Shown piece after piece: positions 13,727 to 27,250 of a stretch of DNA of 60,000 nucleotides. Position 1 is the first letter of the stretch, and every line of letters starts with the position of its first letter. The notes below the pieces were generated by a model, which made no database searches, was not told the DNA's origin, and worked only from the letters and a program-made list of their open reading frames with translations. A program made the translations under genes and the position numbers. Location: NCBI GenBank assembly GCA_051294905.1, contig CM119373.1, positions 4,776,001-4,836,000 of the forward strand, given 5' to 3'. The DNA comes from Botryllus schlosseri (lineage: Eukaryota).

Positions 13727-14619
13727 CGAAGAACAGGAAAGCGTGGCTAAGGCTAAATTGTGGAGTTCGCATTACAAACAGGCCATTGCACTGGTCAGTA
13801 GATAAACTGCCCAGTGACTTAATAAATCAATGTGAAGGAAGATAAATATTCATTGGACGTAAGACACTAATGTGCTTACACTAATTTTATTTATAACAGC
13901 CTCTAATCCTTGGTTAGGTACACGAGTAAACAACACGTGTTATAGATCTAATGTGCTAATTGTTATAGTTGAAGAACGCTAAATTCTGTTGTTAACTAAC
14001 ATGAATGTGTGCCAAAATTCCAATATTTTGCATTCAAACACTTGCATCAGCTACTATTACCTACATTCCTACAAGGTCCGTATACAATATCCATACACGG
14101 TGGATGTTTTCGAGCAAGTGAACAACTGATAACGAATTCTTTTTTCCATGCAGTGACGTAATATCCTCTCGCACGGAAATATTATCTCAAACTTTGCATT
14201 ATACACTCATCGGGAGCGTTCCTCACTTGTTTACTAGAAAAGCCTAGCTACCAACAAGTTTTTAGAATTGCTTCCAAACGACAAAATTTACGGCCTCACT
14301 GTACTTGATATCGTGTTTATTAGAATTATTCCACGTCGAAAAAAGTGAAACATGGACAATTTTCATTCGCACTAATCCGGATTTTTCATTCGCACCATTC
14401 GCACCACGCTTGCCGTTCGCACTCACCCGGATTTTTCATTCGCACCATTCGCACCACGCTCGTCATTCGCACTGAAATTTTTTTCATTCGCACTAGTGCG
14501 AACCGTCACACAGGTTGAAAAGCACTGCCTAAGATCACTGTCGATGGCGTCGTTACTGGTAGTGACTGTCGATGGCGTCGTTACTGGTAGTGACGACAGG
14601 TCGAAGGATTACGCTCTAG

Positions 14620-15160
14620 CCTTGCACTTTTCGTCGGTTAGCAGTGACAGCAATTAGACGTTTGCATTCCGAACAAGGAAGGAAGCGATTGGGGATCTCA
14701 AAGTGACTGAGGATCAAGTAATCTCCCGAATCAACAGTCTTCAGCAACAGCGATATCCTTAACTGTCCTTTTTCCATGACCGAATTAAAATCAGCCACAT
14801 CGTCTTGCGGAAACACAAGCCCGGGCTTGGACGATATCGCTTACCCCATGTTGAAGCACTTGTCTGACAAGTCTCTATTTGATCAACTCTTCATGGAGTA
14901 ATGGCTCTCTTCCCGACTACTGGAAATACTCTATTGTTGTCCGCATATTGAAAGGTGAGAAGGATCCTCATTGTTGTCCGCATATTGAAAGGTGAGAAAG
15001 ATCCAGCCGCGGTTGAATCGTATCGTCCCATTTCGCTGACCAGTCAATTATGTGAAGTGATGAAGGTTTATGGTAACGAGGCGTTTGGGATTGCACTTGG
15101 TATCGAACTCCCTTCTCAACGCCGCTCAGTCTGGATTTCGTCATGGGCGTAGCATGTGAA
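14620..15160 (+). pseudogene. LINE ORF2 fragment (RT N-terminal region), I/Nimb/Ingi-like
   Basis: Translates across frames to LNCPFSMTELKSA...SPGLDDIAYPMLKHL...WKYSIVVRILKGEKDP...SYRPISLTS...QSGFR, which are canonical LINE RT motifs. Confidence 0.85.
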
Positions 15161-16342
15161 GTACGGGTTCCGAGGTGTCCATCTTCCCGCGGCGGCATCT
15201 TGATACGCCGAAAAGCAGGCCTCGATACGAAGATGACTGTTGTAATAATAGTACAAAACCGGCATCATCACCTGCCATGTCAAGAATACGATCGGACACC
15301 ATACCAATCTCGGGAGGCTATTCGGGGGTGCACTACACAACAGTATGTTGGAACGAACAGCCGGTATCGATTGCAACTATCCGGGAAGATGACGAGTTCA
15401 CCCATTCGTACTGGCACAAGAGAAGGGGGAAGCGAATTAATCAATCAGTCGCCGGAGTGGAGTCACAGATCAGGCCAATTTCGCAGCATGATTACCCTCC
15501 CGGAGTCAAGGCGGTGATGGCAAAGGTGTGATGGTAGCGAAGTCTCCGAGCTATGATATATAATGGAATTTTACGCAATGGAACACATTCTTGTTTGTGT
15601 TCGATCGTACATCGTATATGACTGTTGCAAATATATATACTCTCGAATTATATAAACCTGGCCTGTTTAGACCGAGGTCCAGACTTTGCCGAGAATAAGT
15701 ATAGAAAGCAGGCAGGTTGTTGAATTTATAGTTCCGCACATAGTCGGTTCGGCATCGTCCTCGGTTCGGCATCGTCCTATCTCATATCGGTTTGTTACCT
15801 ATCATTGTGGGTCCTGAATAGAGCCTGACCGATCTAGGATTTTTAGCCGATGCCGATAAAACCAATAAATACCTAGCACCTTCCTCGATCTGATCAGCTG
15901 ATATTCAAGGCATATGTCATCTACAAGGCATACGTCATCTAGAATATAGATTATAGTGAACTTCAAAAACTTGAGCATTTATTTATTCAGCATTACAGCG
16001 ATTTCTATGCTCGGACATGATTTCAATACGAAAAACTGCATCTGGACACCCATGATCTATATGAAATTTATCAATATTCTTAGCTTACTACCATGCTGTG
16101 AGTCACAAAAATGGCCGATATTTTTCCTTTACTCCAAATGCCGATACCGATAGTTTTTTTAAAGTGTGACACCGACTCGATATTATCAGCCAACCCGATC
16201 GTCAAACGGGCTCTGGTCTTTAGCGGACGAAGTAAATAATTACAATTAAGAATTTGCTGCATTTGCTAATCGAAACATAGTTTCGGTGGTTCGCAAACAT
16301 GTTCACGATTACATCGTTACACTGACCATACAAAATTACATC

Positions 16343-17243
16343 ATGAAAAGGAAATCGTCATCAGATATCAGTAATTTGAGCAACGTGAACAGACCCCGAA
16401 AAATACTGATCATGAGCAGCAGTTCTGCGGACTCGAATGACAAAAGTTATCCGGAAATTTTGAAGGGAAAGAAAAATATGATACGTCGCACCAGGCGTCT
16501 ACTACGTACGCCGCATGTAGAGCTGTAGCCTGCAACGTTACCATCCGAGGTCATGTTGGAAGGCGCACCTTGAAAGGCATTTTACGACCTGAAAGAAGAA
16601 ATTGGAACGGGGTTTGGGCGGCACGGTTCACGCTTGTGAGTTATTTTTTCAAACTGCCGCTCTAACGAAATAACGGTATAGTTTCAGAGAATTCATGATA
16701 TATGTTGGCACCGGTTATTTAGAAATGGAATCCGTGAATAATCTAAAATAGTTCGCCCGGAATCCGTGAATAATCTAAAATAGTTCGCCCCGGTTACTCG
16801 AATTTTTAAGCATAAGATTTTTTTGAATATCCCTTGTGTCAGTTACTTGCTGACTGCTTACGACGATCAACCGTGATTATTGCAAGCCGAATCTATTCAT
16901 GTATATTACAAAATGAATTTTTCATTCAAATGTTGCAATAAAGATCCATACCTTTAATAATCCCTACAATAAATACTGCGGCATCTTACAATTGATATCT
17001 TACAATGTAGTATTTCACACATCAATCTAACGTCTCATTTCTTATTGCAGCGACTCAGAAATCAGACAGCAAGGCCGTTGCCCTAAATTTTACACTGCAG
17101 TGATTCGGAAATCAGACAGCAAGGCCGTTGCCCTAAATTTTACACCCAAGTTCAACGTACCTCGATGGGTTCAATTTTCAGGCTGCACGGTACCGATTGA
17201 ATTCGAACTTCTTCACAAAGCTTCGATGTTAACAAACATCTAG
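16343..17243 (+). pseudogene. Pim-like Ser/Thr kinase, N-lobe exons only
   Basis: Exon ending FYDLKEEIGTG(frameshift)LGGTVHA at a gtgagt donor (16636). After the ttgcag acceptor (17050) the same phase gives STQKSDSKAVALNFTPKFNVPRWVQFSGCTVPIEFELLHKA, resembling the Pim VAIK...W..L.G..VP.E..LL.K region. Frameshifts and a 50-bp tandem duplication are present. Confidence 0.65.
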
Positions 17244-17779
17244 GTTAGTTCATAAAGTTTATTATGGCCGATATATTTACACTATACAATTGATAGATAG
17301 TCAATATATCAATGATTATATTGACTAAGTGATCTGAATTAGATTCCGTTACCAGTGGTGCAGGCGCTTCGCACTCACGTACGTATAGTTGCGAAGCGTT
17401 TGGAACGAAAGTGTGAAGAGGTACGGTGTCACTTAGTTACTGCTGTGCATTTTAGCCTTATTTTTACACGTTTTGTCTATTATATCTGCAAATAATAGAT
17501 AGTAAAGGAAGATACGATATACCTATGGGAAAATAGAAATGCTATCTACGAGCTCTCTGCTGTTTAGATTTTTGCAAACCAAGTAGCCTACTGTGAAATG
17601 CATTTGCACATAATAGGTCAGGAAACAGCTTCCAAGGCACCATGATCCGGAGATGCGATACCCAGAGTAGGCATAACCCTAGATATCTTACGGATTTGAA
17701 TTTGATCGCGTGCCATGTGATGATTAGCCAAGATTGTCATGACTTGCCGCTTTGTGAACGCTATGGTGCTCCGAGAGGA

Positions 17780-18760
17780 ATAAACTCCTATTTGAATGTC
17801 CCAGCGGAGATGTTGAGCGTCACGTTTCTGTGACCGTATGTGGTTATTATTTTGCCGTCAGCCGCTTGCAACGGAGCGCGATTCTCGTTGAATCGGCGTT
17901 CATGATTTGCAGGCGTTAGTGCGCTGACTTCCGCGCCGGTGTCAGTAAGAAATTTCCTGCACTAAAAGAAGGCTAAAAGGTTGACCGGTTGCTTGGCCAA
18001 CTCCCCTATAGGATTTGTGATATTTTGCTCGACGAGTGCGAGGCGAATGTCCTCATGCATATGCTGCAAGTCGAGGCGTTCGAAGAGTAAACACGGTTGA
18101 TGATCACCTACTGAAGAGAGCATCTAGTCCGCGAGAGCGGAAGGCTTTCGATTGCTCGAACGCGGTCTGCTGATTAGTCGCGCGCTCCTGTCGTGGAATG
18201 TAGAAAGTGTCAAGAAGGCGTAATTTTATTGCATTGTATTTGTTCTACTGTAGAGGCTGCTCTAAAATGTCAAAAAGTCGACTTGCTGTTACTTGGTCTA
18301 AGGCGAAGACCGCGTAGTAGAACTTCGTACTGTCTGTTGTAATTCCTCGGGTCTGGAATTGGGGCCTCGACCTGGAAAAACCAGGTGCGCTGCAGGTCGG
18401 CCTGAAAGGAAGGAAGCTTGATAGCCACTGCGTTCTACGCTGGTGTAGCCTATCTGAACCTGCCTGATTCTCGGGATTCATCTTGCTGCATGAACTATCC
18501 AGAAATCTCTGGCTCGCGGGGTCACCAGTTAAGCGGGTAACAAGTTCGTTGTAAGCATCACTCAAGCGAACTGAACTAAGCGCAGTCAAACAACTTTGTA
18601 TAAAGCGACATGATAATGAGAGAAAGTACTGTACGCTTCGATGACCACAGTTCTGGTGTCGCATGATGTCGCCACACTATCCATTAAATGGTAACACAAC
18701 GACCACCACTGCCTACCCACTTTACCACACCGTAAATCACTAAGGTAGCGTCCCGTTACA
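17780..18760 (-). mobile_element. Decayed Gypsy LTR retrotransposon (5' LTR, PBS, gag, protease)
   Basis: LTR-like start TGTAACGG at 18760; PBS TGGTGACCCCG at 18527-18517; gag TKFYYAVFALDQ; protease KFLTDTGAEVS at about 17955. Confidence 0.85.
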
Positions 18761-19421
18761 CCAGGGGCGGCCAAACCGTGTCCTGTGGAGTTATGTGGCC
18801 CACGGGATAATTATCTAAATTATTTTTAACGTCAGGTAGAATTGCAAGGCCACCCAAAATATGATTGGCCCGACCGCAAATTTGATGATGACTAAAACAT
18901 CAGTTCCGACGCATTGGCGTTACTACGGGAAAGCCATATTTATCGCAGATCTTCGTATATGACCATAAGTGGAATATTTCGTAGCAGATTAGTTTGACTT
19001 GAAATCTTTCTTAGCAGTTCGCATGAGTTATTGTCACTCGATTTCTTGCTTTTAGTATTGGATACCCCTCCTGAAAATTATAAATACGCATTATATTCAG
19101 GATTGAGTCTAACGATATTCGCAATTAGGCCATAACGTGTCCTCCAACATGCGAATTCGCCTGTGCGCTCGCAGCGAGATCGTCGGGGATGAAACATTTG
19201 CAGAAAATGATAGAGAATGTTCACCGAAACCTTCGATATTGCTATGTCTAAACGCCGAATAATCCTGTCCTTGGCAAATAAGCCAAGTGGCATACAGAGG
19301 CGACCTCCAATATATACAAGTAACATATTTATTGACCGAATTCATTCAAGACCTTAAGCAAAATTTCGCGCCCCGCGCGACCATGTCACAGTGCACAGTC
19401 CTCACAGATATTTCATGACAC

Positions 19422-21190
19422 TGTAGCGGCTCTACAAGGCGCGGTGGTCGATCTTGTTGATTATTTGATTAGCAATTTGTGAATACTTCCGCGTCCCTTT
19501 CCAATGCATGCATGTTGATGCGTTTACGGCCAGTTACTCTTTTCGCTCGCAATAAACGCAGCTCTCGCTTTATTGGTGACCCCGACGCACAGGAACGTAT
19601 TCCTGTACTACGAGCATGGATCAGCAAGCAGGCAATCAGAATGCGGTAGCTGTTAACCTCCCTACCTTTTGGGCAGAGGAACCACGAGTTTGGTTTCGAC
19701 TGGCGAAAGCACAGTTCGCCTTGAAAGGAGTTACTGCCGATGAAACCAAATTCCATTACGTAGTTTCAGCTTTAGATCAGGCCACGGCAAAACGGCTGAT
19801 AGAACTATAGGACAATCCTCCACAGGCAGAGAAGTACAACGCAAACAAAAGCAGGTCATTACAGTCATTTGATTTGTCTCCACCAGAGCGAGCTGCACGT
19901 CTGTTGAAATTGTCACCTCTCAACGACAGAAAACCGACAGATGATGGACGAAATGCTTGCGCTGCTAGGAGATCATCACCCATGCTTCCTTTTCAAATAC
20001 TTATTCTTGCAGCAAATACAGGAAAACATACGGATAGTGCTGGCAAAAGAGGATATAGATAACCCCCGAGATTTGGCTCGGCGGGCAGATCAAATGTGGC
20101 AATCGAGAACCGACAATTACTGTATAAGTAAGTTGACTAAGACAAAACTGGCCATCCCTTATACTATTGAGCCGGATTCAAACTTCTGCTTCTACCATCG
20201 ACGATTTGGTAAGAAAGCACGACAATGCTGCCCTCCCCGTGCTTGGCAACAGGAAAACGACAAAGCCGGTTGTCCGCAGTAAACGGGCAACCGGCAAAAA
20301 ATTATTTTACCCGCAAGACCTGAGTTCTAACTTCTAACTTCCTTTTTCTTGTCGACACCGGGGCGGAAGTGAGCGTATTCCCACCCACCAGGCTTGAACG
20401 GAGACACAAAACCTCTGGTCCGCTGCTCACGGCCGCGAACGGAAGCATCATACGTACGTACGGGACCAAGCGTCTTTCTTCGGTTTTTCCGTCAGTCAAA
20501 TATGGTTGGGAATTCACTTTGGCTGACGTGTCCCAGCCCTTGCTCGGAGCAGATTTTCTTCGAGCGCAAGATTTGCTGGTTGATGTCAAACACCGTCGCC
20601 TGATTCATTTGCATTCCCTGACCAGCGTTCCTCTTCGTATTAGTGAACACGTTTCGCTTGGTCTTAATTATGTCAGTACGGGCCGGTCTTGCTACGCGCA
20701 AATCTTAGCTGAATTTCCCAAGATTACTATCCCGCATTTTACACATGTACAACCCAAGCACAACGTGGAGCATCTTATCTCAACAATAGGACAGCCGATT
20801 CATTCACGTGCAAGGCAATTGGCCCCTGACAAGCTCGCCATCGCACAAACTGAGTTTAATACGATGTTGGAGCTGGGAATCATCCGTCGTTCTTCAAGCC
20901 AATGGTCCTCCCCTTTGCACATGGTGCCCAAGGATTCCGGAGGCTGGCGGCCTTGTGGAGATTACAGGCGTCCGCAACCAGACCGTTATCCCATCCCACA
21001 TCTTCAAGACTTCACCGTGCGCCTCGTGGGATCAAATGTATTTTCTAAAATCGATTTGGTGCGGGGCTACCATCAGGTTCCCGTAGCACCTGATGACATT
21101 CCGAAAACAGCCATCACCACACCATTCGGATTGTTCGAATTCCTACGCATGTCATTCGGGCTTAAAAGCGCAGCGCAGACATTTCAGCGA
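19422..21190 (+). mobile_element. Gypsy LTR retrotransposon 5' half (LTR, PBS, gag, protease, partial RT)
   Basis: LTR-like start TGTAGCGG; gag LPTFW...WF...AQF with a CFYH..FG..A..C zinc knuckle; [10 protein letters not shown] protease; RT motifs [30 protein letters not shown] and [12 protein letters not shown]. Stops, frameshifts and truncation before YxDD. Confidence 0.93.
19574..19587 (+). promoter_or_regulatory. Primer-binding site complementary to the tRNA-Trp 3' end
   Basis: TGGTGACCCCGACG matches the complement of animal tRNA-Trp ...CGTCGGGGTCACCA. Confidence 0.85.
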
Positions 21191-22650
21191 AATATTAGTC
21201 CTTCGCTTTCTTCGCGGGTCGTACCCGCCGCATAAGCTTGATGCGAAATCCCGTTGAGCTTTCCGTGGGGCTTCTGTGCCAGTCTTTCAGGCACTTCATC
21301 GTGTCCGTGTTCGCGTCCTGAACGTAGATTTATTCCATTCCGTCCAGATATGAAAGCCCCCCTCGCACACAATGGCGGAGAGGGCTCTCAAACCATGGAC
21401 TCCCGCGTCCTTGCATCTAAGCAGGTTCTCGGCGCTTTCGACGCACCATCCGCCGCGCCAATTTAAAACAATGGTGCCGTGGACCACTCGGTCCACTTTA
21501 GCACGGGACGTAATCCATGCCTTTATTTCTTCCGTCCGATATTTGTCGCTTTTCTTGCGGAACTCTGCCGCCAGGGTGGAATTATCCGTGACGATTGTAA
21601 TGTCAACCACCCTGGCAACCTTCTCGCTCTTATTGATGAGAACGAGGTCGGGTTTACGGAGTCCACTCTTCGTTCTTTTATGTGGCTCCCACCAAGCTTC
21701 GTCGCCATGCTGTTCAGCTTTACGCAAGACAGTCATGCTGTTCAGCTTTACGCAAGACAAAGCGAGCGACGCGATTGTGGCGTCTGATACGCGCGGCATG
21801 CGTCCTGGGGCACACTTGAAGGATATGCCCCAGCGACGCGATTCTTCCACAGCACTCGCAATGCTTATCGGATTCGAGACGTGCCCGTACTTTTCGGGCC
21901 GGCTTGGGCATGAGATTTCCACGTATTTTAACGGCTCCGATATAATTTCGCCCAGTTAGGGTGGTTGCTGTTTGTATCCCCTCCTGAGCTTTCGGAAGTT
22001 CATTGGCGGCTCTCTGAGGCCGCTACCATCCACTGAGGCCATCAGACGCTCTCGCATCCGGGCCGCCAGTGTCTCGTTGGAGTCCGTGGCAGAACACAAC
22101 GGTTTCCGTGCGCTGCGATAGGCGAAAGCGGCTTTCACCGCTTCGTCCTCTACGCCTTAGAGGCGCACCAATCTCCGGGCTATAAGCACCGGCGTTGGCA
22201 TGAGATTTCCACGTATTTTAACGGCTCCGATATAATTTCGCCCAGTTAGGAGGGGATAGCGCTCTTTCTATCCCCTCCTGCGCTTTCGGAAGTTCATTGG
22301 CGGCTGTCTGAGGCCGCTACCATCCACTGAGGCCATCAGACGCTCTCGCATCCGGGCCGCCAGTGTCTCGTTGGTGTCCGTGGCAGAACACAACGGTTTC
22401 CATGCGCTGCGATTGGCGAAAGCGGCTTTCACCGCTTCGTCCTCTACGCCTTAGAGGCGCACCAATCTCCGGGCTTTAAGCACCGGAATTCGTTGACTGA
22501 GTGACATCACACCCAGCCCGCCGTCGCCCTGATTTGAATGGACAAACGCGATCGGTGTATCCTTCGGCAGCCTAAGCCACCTCCGGACCACCTCCCTCAC
22601 CAGACGTTCCATGCGACTCAGATATTCTTTGGTCGCATTCGCGGCTCTCG
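21191..22650 (-). mobile_element. 5'-truncated R2-like (RLE-clade) non-LTR retrotransposon fragment
   Basis: VRRWLRLPKD...HS..GDGGLG (post-RT thumb), CECCG...LGHILQVCPRTHAARIRRHNRV (CCHC), KPDLV...VVDITIV...K..KY (restriction-like endonuclease), then about 100 bp of 3' UTR. Internal 290-bp tandem duplication (21907/22197). Confidence 0.88.
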
Positions 22651-24649
22651 CTTCAACACATTTGTTATTCATCTCAAAGCACAGCAATATAAGTCTTGCG
22701 GTGCCACGCGGTCACCTTGTACGCGATCAATTGAAGGTTGAAAAGTGCTTCTTCTGTAATGGCATTAATATCGGCTGCATTACAACTAGGGTTGCATTTG
22801 AAACCAAAAGAAATTTAGAACTGACATGTTTTTTTTAAAGCGATGACGACACGAATATTAATTGTGACGTCATAGTGGAGTGACATTGACAATTTAAAAT
22901 ATTGGGTAAATATAGCTCCTTTGCTAAGAACCGGCTATTTTGAGGGTTCCAACCAGTGGTGGCCCTAGGATTGGGGGGGCCCTGGGCGAAACTTCCAGGG
23001 GGGGCCCTATATATATCTATAAACGCAGCTTCTGGGGGGCTCCGCCCCCCAGACCCCCCTCCCCTCTCCATACAGCTGTTATATATTGCATGTTTACAGA
23101 TTCCTTGATAGTCATGGAATGTTGATGCCTGTATGTTTCTATTTACTACAATCACAATGTACACAGGCAACTGTTTCATTCAAGTTCAAGACGTAATTTT
23201 CATGCGGGAAAGTAATCACAAATACAGTGGCAATGGAAACTAAAAAAGAAAAAGTTCATACTTTTTCAAGGAAACGGTTGCTGGATTCCAATGACACGAG
23301 TCGTGATATTTTGGTGACTCGACTTGGCTCAGATCAAAATATGAAAGTAGAATTGATATTTGACTCGGTTACAACCCTGAATGAGGACCAAGTGCTAATC
23401 GATCACTAAGTTGACCAAACAATGAAGTTTATAGAACACATCAATAGAATTGAAACTTCCAATCAATGAAGAAACTTCTATGACCGGACAATTGAATTGA
23501 TGCATTTAGTTCTTCAAAAAAGTAGAAATCAAAATTATGATAGCAAATATATGACACCAGAAGTAAAAAAGAACAATTAAAATGGAAACTATCATACGGG
23601 TACAAAATGACATTGGCTCAAAACAACAACAAACAAGGACTTCCCTTTGACAAGATGACTCAACCAAGAGGAGTTTATGGTCATAAAGAATTATTACCGG
23701 ATCACTCAACAAGAATTAACTCATGGACTATATTTGTACAGTGAAAGAAAAATGATTTATTCCTAACAGCTAACACAGCAAAAGTACCTACAGAAAAGAA
23801 CAAATACCGGTATATTACAAATCACCGCTTGTCCCAGAAGTTACCTACAGCTGCATGTTTATGGTAAATTTTACAATGAATGCTTGCAATGGTACCGGTC
23901 ATAAAACAGCTTAGCCAGACAAATTAAGTCATACACCGCGTCAATTTCAAATATTGTTGACGTAACACTGGCCACACGAAAATTTCGAACGCTAGTTTTA
24001 AGAGGAACTAAACATTATCCAAATCGCCTACTTCTGCCTACAACATACATTGCTGTCACAAATTAAAAATTATATCTTCAATAAAAACTCATTTTTCAGC
24101 ATTCTTATAACACGGTAGCTTCCATATGATGACTATAGTGATGAAAATTTTCACGTTGACAGAAATGAGAGGGATACTCCAATGATTTTCATTAGCAATA
24201 ACTTTAAACTTGAGTGTCGTACAGAAAAAAGCTAAATTGTAACTTGAATGATATATTAGATCATGGACAGACCTACCAAAAATTCTATCAATTTTACGAT
24301 TGAATGAGCCGGAAAAGCTTGTTTTTATCATGCGCTGGCTTGAAAAGCTGGATATTGAATTTAAAAACTTGAAATTGTGAGGTAGGCTACTCGGATATAT
24401 TTCAAAATCACTTTATCCAAATTTCTGTCAAATCTAAAAACTGAAATAAACCATTAATTTCTTTTAGGGCTGCTGACGTGGAGTTGGCCTATTACTGAAA
24501 ATGAATGAGATGCACCAGTCACTGAAAATATATACTTCCTGTATACACTGTAGTAGTTTCTTGTCAATGTTATTGTAATATCATGGACGTGATAATCATT
24601 CACGACAAAATTTTACGTTAGCGGATGCGATCGCGTCTCTCACACAAAT

Positions 24650-27060
24650 CACCAATTTGATGATCGACAACCGTTTACGGTACCGGTACCATATTTTACA
24701 TGGGTTCATATATTTTCACGGTTATTCGCAAAACGATTATAAATTTCATAAATGTAGCAGGGGCCCACTTCATAAAATATAAGTAAGCTCTTATAACGTG
24801 TGCAGAAATTTAATTATCGACAACTGTTTACAGTGCCATATTCTACATGGGTAGGCCTACATGTATTTCAGTTATTCGCAAAATGATAACCAAAAATTGG
24901 GTAAATGTAGGAGTCCCCCACCTCATGAAATCTAAGTAAGCTCGTACAACGCGTGCAGGATTTAATGATCGACAACTGTTTACGGTACCATATTCTACAT
25001 GTGTACATATATTTTCACAGTTATTTGCCAAATGATAACCAAAAATTGTGTAAATGTAGGAGGGGCTCCCTCATAAATCGAAGTATGCTCCCATGCACAA
25101 CGCGTGCAGAAATTTAATGATCGACAACTGTTTACAGTACCATATTATATATGGGTAGGCCTGCATGTATTTTCCGTTATTTCCAAAATGATAACAAAAA
25201 ATCGGGTAAATGTAGCAGACCCCCGTATAAAATCAAAGTAAGCTCTTTTACCACGCACAGAAATTTGATGATCGACAACTGTTTACGGTACCATATTCCA
25301 CATGGGTAGGCCTACATGTCTTTCCACAGATATTCGTAAAATATAAATGTATGTAAAGTATAAATTGCGTAAATGTAGGCGGGGCCCCCATAAAATTAAA
25401 GTAAGCTCTTTTAACAGGTGCAGAAATTTAATGATCGACCACTGTTTACGGTTGGACTAGACCAGTGGTTCCCAACGTGGGCGATATCGCCCCCCAGGGG
25501 GCGATTTGTCGGTCCAGGGGGGCGAAAATAGCCAAGGGGGCGATAGGGGGGCGAAAACGGACGAAGGGGGCGATAGGGGGGCGATGGCGCGTTGAAATGG
25601 CTATATTGGCGTCCATGACCGTAACTGCCACACCCAAACCCGCAATTGAGATGGGAGGCCTGAGTTCGAAGGGGGCCAACAATTTTTTCGTGAATTAACA
25701 TAACATTAATTATAGAGAATTATTTTGAAAATTTAGACAACTTTTTCAAAAAATTTTCGCGCCATTTCGTGGTCACGTACGTATTTCTTGCTTATTAGAT
25801 ACTTTTCCTCCAAGAAATATTACGCATCAGGTATAGAAATGGGCATCTCGGCGTCAGCCATTATCACACCATGACGCACCAAGACAAATGAAGTTTCAGG
25901 CCATGTAACATGCGACTCCGAGAAGTGTGCCAGAAGAAGAAAACCTTGGCGGAAAAGGACTGCCTTTATGCTGGCCGACTTCGATATATATACGATATAT
26001 ATATATATATTTAATTGTCCATAGGCCCCTAAATGGCTGGCGCCAAATGTTCCTGTCGTGGCAATCAGAGCCCCACAAAAAATGCCATCTCGCAGAGAAA
26101 AATTAATTGCCAGTGTCGAAATACCAATTTGAAATCGTGTGTGTCTTTTAGTTTTTGAATATCTTTTGACATAGCAGACAGGCCACGAAATGTCATTACG
26201 TAACGAAGTCATTATACCCACGGGCCATACATTTACCAACACACCTCACTCAGCTTTACCGGTAAATCTGAGTACATGAGCAGAGAGAGGATAAAAAATT
26301 GACAGCAATATATATGCAATTCTCGATCATATTGAGCGATTCAATCATGAATGATAAAAAATTTTCAATCAAGCCAACGAACTAAATAGTACAACAATTT
26401 GTGCTGAGAAGTAGCGGTAAAGAGGTATCGGGGGAGTATGGTCTGAGGGGTGCACAAGTTTGCTTTCGCCCTATGGAGGGGGTTCAAGACCAACGTATTG
26501 AGGGGGACTGACGAAGTGCTGTTACGGTCCTTTTGAAATCAAGTCGGAGAAATCACCTTTTTTGTTAGTCAACACACCAAAATTTAGCCGGAAAGTGTAA
26601 TTTCGAGGTCGAGCCGAAAAAGTCGACTTTTTTCTTAGTCAACTCGCCGGTGATTTCATTCTGTATGCCCATTTTTCGGTCCTCAATATTTGGGGGGCGA
26701 TGATCGGTGTGGAATTTGAAAAGGGGGCGATGAGTCAAAAAAGGTTGGGAACCACTGGACTAGACCATATTCTACATGGGTAGGCCTGCATGTATTTTCA
26801 CGGTTATTCGCAAAATGATAACCAAAAATCGCATAAATGTAGGAGGGCCTTCCCTCATAAAATCAAAGTAAGCTCTTTAAACGCGCGCAGAAATTTGATG
26901 ATCGACAACTCTTTACGGGACCATATTCTACATGGGTGCATGGATTTTCACGGTTATTCGAAAAATGATAACTAAAAAATGGAGAATTATCATCGACCCC
27001 TTTTTACGGTACTGTACCGTATTCTTCACGGATACAAGGATTTCCACGGTTATTTAGAAA
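24650..27060. repeat. About 152-bp satellite, about 7 copies, interrupted by a nested hAT element
   Basis: gatcgacaactgtttacggtaccatattc recurs at about 24662, 24815, 24967, 25119, 25270, 25433 and 26900. Confidence 0.9.
25463..26757. mobile_element. Non-autonomous hAT-type element, same TIR family as 1670-2639, opposite orientation
   Basis: cagtggttcccaac...gttgggaaccactg; perfect TSD gactagac. Confidence 0.93.
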
Positions 27061-27066
27061 ATGGTA

Positions 27067-27250
27067 ATAGTTGGAAAAAGGCGCATAAACCGGATAAATA
27101 GTTGCTAAAAACCGCGTAAAACGGAGAAATAGTTGGTAAAAAGCGCGTAAACCGGGGAAATAGTTGGTAAAAAGCGCGTAAATCGGGGAAATAGTTGGTA
27201 AAAAGCGCGTAAACCGGAAAAATAGTTGGTAAAAAGCGCGTAAACCGAGA
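27067..27250. repeat. 31-bp minisatellite, about 6 copies
   Basis: aaatagttggtaaaaagcgcgtaaaccgggg with period 31. Confidence 0.9.

Larger units (their letters stand above)
11393..14527. mobile_element. Non-autonomous hAT-type element (CAGTGCTTTTCAACC TIR) carrying two nested MITEs
   Basis: TIRs cagtgcttttcaacc...ggttgaaaagcactg; perfect TSD cctaagat; ATTCGCAC subterminal repeats. A related left-end remnant lies at about 52227. Confidence 0.92.

Noticed and set aside
21372..21959. 195-aa + strand ORF
   Set aside because: It is the antisense shadow of the R2-like ORF.
24650..27250. Satellite arrays as CRISPR-like repeat-spacer structures
   Set aside because: Whole units are homologous, with no unique spacers.
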